Assembly (NCBI RefSeq): GCF_009914755.1
Contig: NC_060925.1
Length of the DNA stretch: 64,000 nucleotides
From: the human T2T-CHM13v2.0 reference genome, Homo sapiens
Reading direction: 5' to 3' (one strand)
Positions 1 through 10,581 of the stretch are shown here, piece by piece. Each line of letters begins with the position of its first letter. Positions within the stretch are counted from its first letter, which is position 1. The position numbers and the translations under genes are program-made. Under the pieces are notes generated by a model. The model ran no database searches and was not told the origin of the DNA. It saw only the letters and a list, made by a program, of their open reading frames with translations.

Positions 1-445
1 GTCTTCTCTACACTGTTCATTCTGGTTAGCCATTCGTCTAATCTTTTTTCAAGGTTTTTAGCTTCCTTGCGATGAGTTCGCACATCCTCCTTTAGCTCAG
101 AGAAGTTTGTTATTACCGACTTTCTGAAGCCTACTTCTGTCATCTCATCAAAGTCATTCTCCATCCTGCTTTGTTCCATTGCTGGCGAGGAGCTGCGATC
201 CTTTGGAGGAGAAGGGATGTCAGGTTTTTGGAATTTTCAGCTTTTGTGCTCTGGTTTCTCCCCACCTTTGTGGTTTTATCTACCCTTGGTCTTTGATGAT
301 GGCGACCTACAGATGGGGTTTTGGGGTGGATGTCTTTTTTGTTGATGTTGATGCTATTCCTTTCTGTGTGTTAGTTTTCCTTCTAACAGTCAGGTCCCTC
401 AGCTTCAGGTCTGTTGGAGTTTGCTGGAAGTCCACTCCAGACCCT
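1..445 (-). mobile_element. Decayed LINE-1 (L1PA-type) fragment, antisense in an NBPF intron: 3' part of the L1 5'UTR plus the start of ORF1; continues beyond the left edge
   Basis: Reverse complement from 265 reads GTG GGG AGA AAC CAG AGC ACA AAA GCT GAA AAT TCC AAA AAC...CTCCTCCAAAGGATCGCAGCTCCTCGCCAGC...GGATGGAGAATGACTTTGATGAG, recognisable as the primate L1 ORF1 N-terminus with the start codon mutated to GTG and a frameshift. 266-445 resembles the end of the L1PA 5'UTR. Subfamily not determined. Confidence 0.85.
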
Positions 446-1012
446 CAAACAGGGATTTCTTGGTGTTGCCTATTCTCTCCCATGTGTTTAAATCCAGGGA
501 GAGGTGTATATATGCTTTCTTCCTATTTGTTGGTAGTATGTTGGCTAGTATTTTTGCAAGAAAAGAAATTGAAAAAGTAAATATATTATATCAAAATATT
601 GGGAAAATGGGGCCCTTAATACACAAGATCTGTGTCTGCACTGCGTCAAGAACTCTCTTCACTTGAATGCTGCATGTAAAATTCAACCCAATTTATGCAA
701 AGTAGTTGAAGCCCTGTGTCAGTTCTCTGTGCTGCAAGTCATGATGGTAGTTTACAGGGAGAGTCCGGGTGCCCTGAGTTGGCTCATCTGTGGCAAATGT
801 ACTGAGCACATGCTGCCCATTTTTGCTCTGTCCCCAGAGCAGTCACCCTCCACCCTGTATTTAGAAGGATAGTTTTATTTCTCTTGAAGGAAAAATGCCT
901 TTGGTTTCTGTGACCACTCCATTCTGTCTCCCATCAGATCATCTGGGAGGTTTTGTTGTCTAATGTCTGTTGGTTAAATCTTCTATCATCCCTGTCCTGC
1001 CTGGCTCATCAG

Positions 1013-1176
1013 GAATCTGCAGGAGTCTGAAGAGGAGGAAGTCCCCCAGGAGTCCTGGGATGAAGGTTATTCGACTCTCTCAATTCCTCCTGAAATGTTG
1101 GCCTCGTACCAGTCTTACAGCAGCACATTTCACTCATTAGAGGAACAGCAAGTCTGCATGGCTGTTGACATAGGCA
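1013..1176 (+). CDS. NBPF: NBPF exon, 164 bp: CON2-type Olduvai long exon
   Basis: Acceptor ctggctcatcag|G at 1012/1013, donor GGCA|gtgagt at 1176/1177. Encodes (R)[54 protein letters not shown](R). Confidence 0.93.
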
Positions 1177-2655
1177 GTGAGTACTCCATTGTGAAGGTGA
1201 TAAAGCTCCAGTTCATGGCCCAGGTAGACCCCATAATCTTTGGGCCTTGTGCCCCTTGTTGGGCTGAGATTTGCCATCACCGTGGGCTGAACCTATATAT
1301 CAATGTAGATTTCAGTCACTCTGGAGTCAAGTCTGAAGCACAGGCATGGGGTGGGTCAGTGAGCTTTACTCTCTTCCTAGTCTCAGGCCATGCCTGTGCC
1401 AACCTGGACTGACTGTCACGACATTGAACTCAAGGCAGGTGTGGCAAACTCACACCAAACTATGTAGCACATGCCCAGGAGTTGTCTGTCAGATCAGCTC
1501 ATCTGAATTAAATGTCTTTTGCCAGCTACAAAATTCCTTATGAGTTTTGTTCCCAAAGCATGTCTGTGTGGTTCTTTACCTGCCCAAGGCCAGTGTCACC
1601 CTTGTCTACCTCTCAGTGAAAGATGTGACCCAGGTTTCACTGAGTTTATTCCCATTTTCTGTGTCTTCTAAGTTCGCTTGTTTTAGCTCATCTGTCCGTC
1701 ATGTTCCTGGTATGTTTTCTAGATAAATGGCTGACTTTTCACCCACAAAAGCCATAATAGCTGATGCTTCTGTGTAGAACCAAGTTTCATTTTGACTCAA
1801 GAGCTGGTACATTGCACCCCTTCATCAAATCTCTGTGTCCACAATCTCATAAACTATCAAATTCTGGGTATTTGATGAGAGAAAGCTTAATATTGAAGTA
1901 TCTCTCCTATGAGGTGTTAGAACTATTTGCCTACAATTTATTGGGGAAAAATTGCTCATTTGTGTACATAAACCTAGGACAGAGCACATAGGGAAGATAA
2001 CATTCCAACACAGGGGAATTTTGCCCAAGGCTCATGAAAGAACCCAAGCCAGTTTTCTCAAGACTTGACCTCAGGCCTACTGCAATATTTCTCTCAAAGT
2101 CTCCTGTTCTCACACTGACAAGACTGATGTCCCTGTGTTAGGATTGGACAGAGGAATGTTTCTGTGTGCAAGGAAGAACTTAATGTAAGAGGGCCCATCT
2201 GAATTTATTTGCAGGACATCGCTGGGATCAAGTGAAAAAGGAGGACCAAGAGGCAACAGGTCCCAGGTGAGTCTGAGAAATTGTGGACAGTTAATTTGAT
2301 GTTGACACCTGGAGATGCCAAGTCCAGGGAAAACAGTACATGCTGAAAATAATGATTTTGTCTTGTCAGACAAGTCTGAATTATGCCTAATACATTGCTT
2401 TTTTGTTCTCATTAGAGTAAATGTTTAGGTTTCCATTTCTTCCTACCCTTATCATTTACTAACCTAGTGAAAGTTGACCATACCTCAAAAGCTGTATTCT
2501 CATGGTAACTGCAGGGAAACTTGAGCACATTTTATGCAAAATTATTGAGGACATGCTTTTCATGATCACTGTTCACTGTGTGTCCTGAGAGCACAAATAC
2601 AGAGTGTCCTTTGACTCCCTCATCAGTGTGTCACCTGACCAATTGACTGAGCTCG

Positions 2656-2704
<49 letters not shown>

Positions 2705-5700
2705 TTTCTCGTTCATCCTTTTCTACCTGGCCCTAGTCTATCCCAACATAAAGGCAATAATTTGTTACCTCACTAATGGATCTCTCCTTTTTCTTTTCAA
2801 ACTCTTCCTTATGTTAGCCATGAAATCTAGCTGGGGCTGTGTGGTTTCTGATTCCCCCTGGCTTATTCTTTACTTTTTCCCACTTTTCCAGGCTCAGCAG
2901 GGAGCTGCTGGATGAGAAAGGGCCTGAAGTCTTGCAGGACTCACTGGATAGATGTTATTCAACTCCTTCAGGTTGTCTTGAACTGACTGACTCATGCCAG
3001 CCCTACAGAAGTGCCTTTTACGTATTGGAGCAACAGCGTGTTGGCTTGGCTATTGACATGGATGGTGAGTACCTTTCTATGAAGGTGATAAGGATCCACT
3101 GAGTCTTCTGGTTAGGGTCATATTCCTACTGCAAGTGGCCCTTACTGAGCTGAGAGATGTCATTGCCACAGGGAGGACCTATAGGCACATGTAGGTTGAA
3201 TGAAACTCTAGTTCCACTTGGCAGCCCAGACAAGGGATGGTTCAGTGAGCAAGGCTCTCTTCCTAGTCTCAGGCCATACCTGTGGCGCCCTAATCCTACT
3301 CTCATGACGTTGGACCTGGGCAGATGTGACAAATTCACACAACTCTGATTTTGTCTCAATTTTGTAGATCTTGTAGATTTCATCCTTCACTCTAATTTCA
3401 GCGTCTAAAATCCTCGCTACCATGAACAATCTGAGTATTTGATGAGACAGGGCTGAATAGTGCAGTTTTTCTCCTAGCAACCATTTGGGGGTATTTGCTT
3501 TAAATCGATTGGAAAAATATGGCATAACCATTTGCACAAACTTGGGACAAATGATATTGGGATAACGATCTACCAGAATAGGGAATTTTACCCACAGTTT
3601 CTGGGACAAAAACCAAGGAATCTCTATGGTGATCAGCCTTCAGGCCTCCTGAAGAATATCTCTCACAGTGTCCTATTCTCATGCTGAGGAGCCTGAAGTC
3701 TCTGTGTGAGGATTAGACAGTGGATTGTTATGTGTGTAGGAGAACCAGCTTCATATGTCTGTCCATGTCTGAACTTATTGCAGAAATTGAAAAGTACCAA
3801 GAAGTGGAAGAAGACCAAGACCCATCATGCCCCAGGTAACTTTGAGCAATTATGGATGCTTAATTCTGTGTTGACACCTGGAGATGCCAGGTCCAGGGAA
3901 AACAAGAGTGTGTTCAATTTCATGTTTTCAACGAAGGTTGAATTACTCCTACTGACATGGCTGTTGGTTTTCATTGCAGTAGATGTTTAGGTTTCCATTT
4001 CTTCCTCCCCTTATCATTTACTAACTTACTATAGGTTGACCATACCTCAAAGGCTGTATGGCAACTGCATGGAATCTTGAGCAAGTTTATGGAAAATTAT
4101 TGAGCCCACTCTTTTCATGATCACTGTTCGCTGTGTGTCCCGAGGGCACTAACTCAGAGTGTCCTTTGACCCCTTCATCAGTGTGTCACCCGGCCAACTC
4201 GCTGAGCTCACTTTCTCCTCTCTCTCTCTCTCTCTCTCTCCCTCTCCCTGTCTTTCTCTTTCATTCTTCTCTACCTGGCCCTGGTCTATCCCAACATAAA
4301 GGCAATAATTCATTACCTCATTAATGGATCTGTCCTTTTTCTTTTTAAACAGTTCCTTATGTTAGCCATGAAATCTAGCTGGGGCTGTGTGGTTTCTGAT
4401 TCCCCCTGGCTTATTCTTTACTTTTTCCTACTTTTCCAGGCTCAGCAGGGAGCTGCTGGATGAGAAAGAGCCTGAAGTCTTGCAGGACTCACTGGATAGA
4501 TGTTATTCGATTCCTTCAGGTTATCTTGAACTGCCTGACTTAGGCCAGCCCTACAGCAGTGCTGTTTACTCATTGGAGGAACAGTACCTTGGCTTGGCTC
4601 TTGACGTGGACAGTGAGTACCTTACTATGAAGGTGATAAGCCTCCACCTGGTCTTCCAGATAGGGGTGATATTCCTGTTCCAAGTGGCCCTTACTGACCC
4701 GAGAGATGTCATTGCCACAGGCAGGACCTATGGGCGCATATAGGTTGTAATGAAACTGTAGTCTCAGTTGGAAGCCTAGACATGAAATGGGTCAGTGAGC
4801 AAGGCTCTATTCCTAGTCTCCAGCCATGCCTGTGGCAACCTGAGCCCGCTCTCAGCACATTGGACCCAGGCAGATGCAAAAAATTCACAGAACTATGATT
4901 TGGACTCAAGGGTTTGTAGATTTCCTCCTTCATTCTAATTTCAGTGTCTAAAATTCTTGCATCCATGAACGAGCTGGGCATTTGATGAGACAGGGCTGAA
5001 TACTGCAGTTTTCCTCCTAGAAATCATCTGGGGCATTTTCTTTGAACTGATGGGAACAATAAGGCATAACTGTTTGCACAAACTTGGGATAAGTGATTTT
5101 GGGATAACGATCTACCAGAATGGGGATATTTCACCCTTGGTTCTGAGATGCAAACCAAAGAATATCATGACCAGCTTTCAGGCCTCCTGAAGTATATCTC
5201 TCACATTGTCCTGTTCTCATGCTGAGGAGCCTGAGATCCCTGTGTGGGGATTAGACAGTGGACTGTTATGGGTGTAGGTGAATTGGCTTATTTTGTCTGT
5301 CCCTGTCTGAATGTATTGCAGGAATTAAAAAGGACCAAGAAGAGGAAGAAGACCAAGACCCACCATGCCCCAGGTAACTGAGCAATTGTGAACAGCTACT
5401 TCTGTGTTGACATCTGGAGACTCCTGGTTCAGGGAAAACAGAGCGGGCTGACATTATCGATTACATCTTTTCAAGCAAGCCTGAATTATTCCTACTAACA
5501 TTGCTGTTGGTTTTCATTGCAGTAGATATTTAGGTTTCCATTTCTTCCTCCCCTTATCATTTACTAACCTACTGTAGGTGGACCAGACTTCAAAAACTGT
5601 ATTCTCATGGCGACTGCATGGAAACTTGAGCACATTTTATGGAAAATTATTGAGCACAGTCTTTTCATGATCACTGTATGCTGTGTGTCCTGAGGGCACT

Positions 5701-5761
5701 AACTCAGAGTGTCCTGTTACTCCCTCATCAGTGTGTCACCTGGACAATTCACTGAGCTCGT

Positions 5762-5824
<63 letters not shown>

Positions 5825-7396
5825 CCATCTGTCTCTTTCATTCTTTTCCATTTGGCCCTGTTCTGTCCCAACATGAAGGCAATAATTTGTTACCTCATTA
5901 ATGGATCTATCCTTTTACTTTCTTAACCACTTCCCTATGCTACCCATGAAACCTAGTTGGGGCTCTGTTGTGTGTGATTTCCCCTGGCTTATTCTTTACT
6001 TTTTCCTCCTTTTCCAGGCTCAGCAGGGAGCTGGTGGAGGTAGTAGAGCCTGAAGTCTTGCAGGACTCACTGGATAGATGTTATTCAACTCCTTCCAGTT
6101 GTCTTGAACAGCCTGACTCCTGCCAGCCCTATGGAAGTTCCTTTTATGCATTGGAGGAAAAACATGTTGGCTTTTCTCTTGACGTGGGAGGTGAGTACCT
6201 TTCTATGAAGGTGATAAGCATCCACTGAGTCTTCCATATAAAGATCATATTCCTGCTCCAAGTGGCCATTACTGAGCTGAGAGATGTCGTTGCCGCAGTG
6301 AGGACCTATAGGCACATGTAGGTTGAATGAAACTCTAGTTCTACCTGGAAGCCCAGACAAGGGATGGGTCAGTGAGCAAGACTCTCTTCCTAGTCTCAGG
6401 CCATACCTGTGGCGCCCTGATCCTATTCTCATGACATTGGACCTGGGCAGATGTGACAAATTCAGAGAACTATGATTTTGACTCAAGGGTTTGTAGATTT
6501 CCTTTTTCACTCTAATTTCAGTGTCTAAAGTCCTCACAACCATGAACAATCTGAGTATTTGATGAGACAGGGCTAAATATTGCAGTTTTTCTCCTAGAAA
6601 TCATTTGAGGGTATTTGCTTTAAATTGATTGGAAAAATATGGCATAACTGTTTGCACAAACTTGGGACAAATGATATTGGGATAACGATCTACTAGAATA
6701 GGGACATTTTACCCACAGTTTCTGGGAGAAAAACCGAGGAATTTCTATCATGACCAGCCTTCAGGCCTCCTGAAATATATCTCTCACAGTGTCCTATTCT
6801 TATGCTGAGGAGCCTGAGGTCCCTGTGTGAGGATTAGACAGTGGATTGTTATGTGTGTAGGGGAATCAGCTTAATGTGTCTGTCCATGTCTGAATTTATT
6901 GCAGAAATTGAAAAGAAGGGGAAGGGGAAGAAAAGAAGGGGAAGAAGATCAAAGAAGGAAAGAAGAAGGGGAAGAAAAGAAGGGGAAGAAGATCAAAACC
7001 CACCATGCCCCAGGTGACTTTCAGCAATTGTGGATGCTTAATTCTGTGTTAACACCTGGAGGCAACAGATTCAGGGAAACCAGAGCGTGTTTGATGTCAT
7101 GTTTTCAACGAAGGCTGAATTACTCCTACTGTCATTGCTGTTGGTTTTCATTGCAGTAGATGTTTAGGTTTCCATTTCTTCCTCCCCTTATCATTTACTA
7201 ACGTACCATAGGTTGACCATACTTCAAAAGCTGTACTCTCATGGCCACTGCATCGAATTTTGAGCATATTTTATGGAAAACTATTGAGCTCACTCTTTTC
7301 ATGATCACAGTTTGCTGTGTGTCATGAGGGCACTAACTCAGAGTGTCCTTTTACTCCCTTACCAGTATGTCACCTGGCCAATTCACTAGGTCACTT

Positions 7397-7427
<31 letters not shown>

Positions 7428-10400
7428 GTCTCTGTCTCTCTCTCTCTCTCTCTCTGTCTTTCTCTTTCATTGTTTTCTACCTGGCCCTGTTCTATCCCAA
7501 CATAAAGGCAGTAATTTGTTACCTCATTAATGGATCTGTCCTTTTTCTTTTCAAACTCTTCCTTAACGTTAGCCATGAAATCTAGCTGGGGCTGTGCGGT
7601 TTCTGATTCCCCCTGGCTTATTCTTTACTTTTTCCCACTTTTCCAGGCTCAGCAGGGAGCTGCTGGATGAGAAAGGGCCTGAAGTCTTGCAGGACTCACT
7701 GGATAGATGTTATTCAACTCCTTCAGGTTGTCTTGAACTGACTGACTCATGCCAGCCCTACAGAAGTGCCTTTTACATATTGGAGCAACAGTGTGTTGGC
7801 TTGGCTGTTGACATGGATGGTGAGTACCTTTCTATGAAGGTGATAAGGATCCACTGAGTCTTCTGGTTAGGGTCATATTCCTACTGCAAGTGGCCCTTAC
7901 TGAGCTGAGAGATGTCATTGCCACAGGGAGGACCTATAGGCACATGTAGGTTGAATGAAACTCTAGTTCCACTTGGCAGCCCAGACAAGGGATGGGTCAG
8001 TGAGCAAGGCTCTCTTCCTAGTCTCAGGCCATGCCTGTGGCGCCCTAATCCTACTCTCATGACATTGGACCTGGGCAGATGTGACAAATTCACACAACTG
8101 ATTTTGTCTCAATTTTGTAGATCTTGTAGATTTCATCCTTCACTCTAATTTCAGCGTCTAAAATCCTCGCTACCATGAACAATCTGAGTATTTGATGAGA
8201 CAGGGCTGAATAGTGCAGTTTTTCTCCTAGCAACCATTTGGGGGTATTTGCTTTAAATCGATTGGAAAAATATGGCATAACCATTTGCACAAACTTGGGA
8301 CAAATGATATTGGGATAACGATCTACCAGAATAGGGAATTTTACCCACAGTTTCTGGGACAAAAACCAAGGAATCTCTATGGTGATCAGCCTTCAGGCCT
8401 CCTGAAGAATATCTCTCACAGTGTCCTATTCTCATGCTGAGGAGCCTGAAGTCTCTGTGTGAGGATTAGACAGTGGATTGTTATGTGTGTAGGAGAACCA
8501 GCTTCATATGTCTGTCCATGTCTGAACTTATTGCAGAAATTGAAAAGTACCAAGAAGTGGAAGAAGACCAAGACCCATCATGCCCCAGGTAACTTTGAGC
8601 AATTATGGATGCTTAATTCTGTGTTGACACCTGGAGATGCCAGGTCCAGGGAAAACAAGAGTGTGTTCAATTTCATGTTTTCAACGAAGGTTGAATTACT
8701 CCTACTGACATGGCTGTTGGTTTTCATTGCAGTAGATGTTTAGGTTTCCATTTCTTCCTCCCCTTATCATTTACTAACTTACTATAGGTTGACCATACCT
8801 CAAAGGCTGTATGGCAACTGCATGGAATCTTGAGCAAGTTTATGGAAAATTATTGAGCCCACTCTTTTCATGATCACTGTTCGCTGTGTGTCCCGAGGGC
8901 ACTAACTCAGAGTGTCCTTTGACCCCTTCATCAGTGTGTCACCCGGCCAACTCGCTGAGCTCACTTTCTCCTCTCTCTCTCTCTCTCTCTCTCTCCCTCT
9001 CCCTGTCTTTCTCTTTCATTCTTCTCTACCTGGCCCTGGTCTATCCCAACATAAAGGCAATAATTCATTACCTCATTAATGGATCTGTCCTTTTTCTTTT
9101 TAAACAGTTCCTTATGTTAGCCATGAAATCTAGCTGGGGCTGTGTGGTTTCTGATTCCCCCTGGCTTATTCTTTACTTTTTCCTACTTTTCCAGGCTCAG
9201 CAGGGAGCTGCTGGATGAGAAAGAGCCTGAAGTCTTGCAGGACTCACTGGATAGATGTTATTCGATTCCTTCAGGTTATCTTGAACTGCCTGACTTAGGC
9301 CAGCCCTACAGCAGTGCTGTTTACTCATTGGAGGAACAGTACCTTGGCTTGGCTCTTGACGTGGACAGTGAGTACCTTACTATGAAGGTGATAAGCCTCC
9401 ACCTGGTCTTCCAGATAGGGGTGATATTCCTGTTCCAAGTGGCCCTTACTGACCCGAGAGATGTCATTGCCGCAGGCAGGACCTGTGGGCGCATATAGGT
9501 TGTAATGAAACTGTAGTCTCAGTTGGAAGCCTAGACATGAAATGGGTCAGTGAGCAAGGCTCTATTCCTAGTCTCCAGCCATGCCTGTGGCAACCTGAGC
9601 CCGCTCTCAGCACATTGGACCCAGGCAGATGCAAAAAATTCACAGAACTATGATTTGGACTCAAGGGTTTGTAGATTTCCTCCTTCATTCTAATTTCAGT
9701 GTCTAAAATTCTTGCATCCATGAACGAGCTGGGCATTTGATGAGACAGGGCTGAATACTGCAGTTTTCCTCCTAGAAATCATCTGGGGCATTTTCTTTGA
9801 ACTGATGGGAACAATAAGGCATAACTGTTTGCACAAACTTGGGATAAGTGATTTTGGGATAACGATCTACCAGAATGGGGATATTTCACCCTTGGTTCTG
9901 AGATGCAAACCAAAGAATATCATGACCAGCTTTCAGGCCTCCTGAAGTATATCTCTCACATTGTCCTGTTCTCATGCTGAGGAGCCTGAGATCCCTGTGT
10001 GGGGATTAGACAGTGGACTGTTATGGGTGTAGGTGAATTGGCTTATTTTGTCTGTCCCTGTCTGAATGTATTGCAGGAATTAAAAAGGACCAAGAAGAGG
10101 AAGAAGACCAAGACCCACCATGCCCCAGGTAACTGAGCAATTGTGAACAGCTACTTCTGTGTTGACATCTGGAGACTACTGGTTCAGGGAAAACAGAGCG
10201 GGCTGACATTATCGATTACATCTTTTCAAGCAAGCCTGAATTATTCCTACTAACATTGCTGTTGGTTTTCATTGCAGTAGATATTTAGGTTTCCATTTCT
10301 TCCTCCCCTTATCATTTACTAACCTACTGTAGGTGGACCAGACTTCAAAAACTGTATTCTCATGGCGACTGCATGGAAACTTGAGCACATTTTATGGAAA

Positions 10401-10516
10401 ATTATTGAGCACAGTCTTTTCATGATCACTGTATGCTGTGTGTCCTGAGGGCACTAACTCAGAGTGTCCTGTTACTCCCTCATCAGTGTGTCACCTGGAC
10501 AATTCACTGAGCTCGT

Positions 10517-10581
<65 letters not shown>

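Noticed and set aside
1-445. Active L1 or an L1 antisense promoter driving the Olduvai exons
   Set aside because: The ORF1 start is mutated and frameshifted, and only the last ~180 nt of the 5'UTR is present, so the known promoter regions appear to be missing.
179-872. + strand ORFs of 133, 81 and 69 aa at the window start
   Set aside because: They have non-ATG starts, overlap the antisense strand of a decayed L1 and intron sequence, and resemble no protein I recognise.
6236-6243. TATAAA in each post-HLS3 intron as a promoter or poly(A) signal
   Set aside because: It is an isolated hexamer with no CpG island, initiator context or other support.
6085-6549. 154-aa minus-strand ORF (and the 133-, 90-, 85-, 62-, 60-aa ones) recurring in every unit
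   Set aside because: Recurrence follows from near-identical tandem copies. The ORFs are not preserved between the three diverged subunits, and the 133-aa ORF is broken by a 2-bp deletion near 8099 in triplet 2.
6899-7159. [31 protein letters not shown] as a separate gene
   Set aside because: It is an alternative frame of the 109-bp exon running into the intron, with a TTG start at the splice acceptor. The spliced frame is [12 protein letters not shown].
7317-7585. Low-complexity ORFs ([22 protein letters not shown]; CVCVCV elsewhere)
   Set aside because: These are translations of intronic microsatellites.
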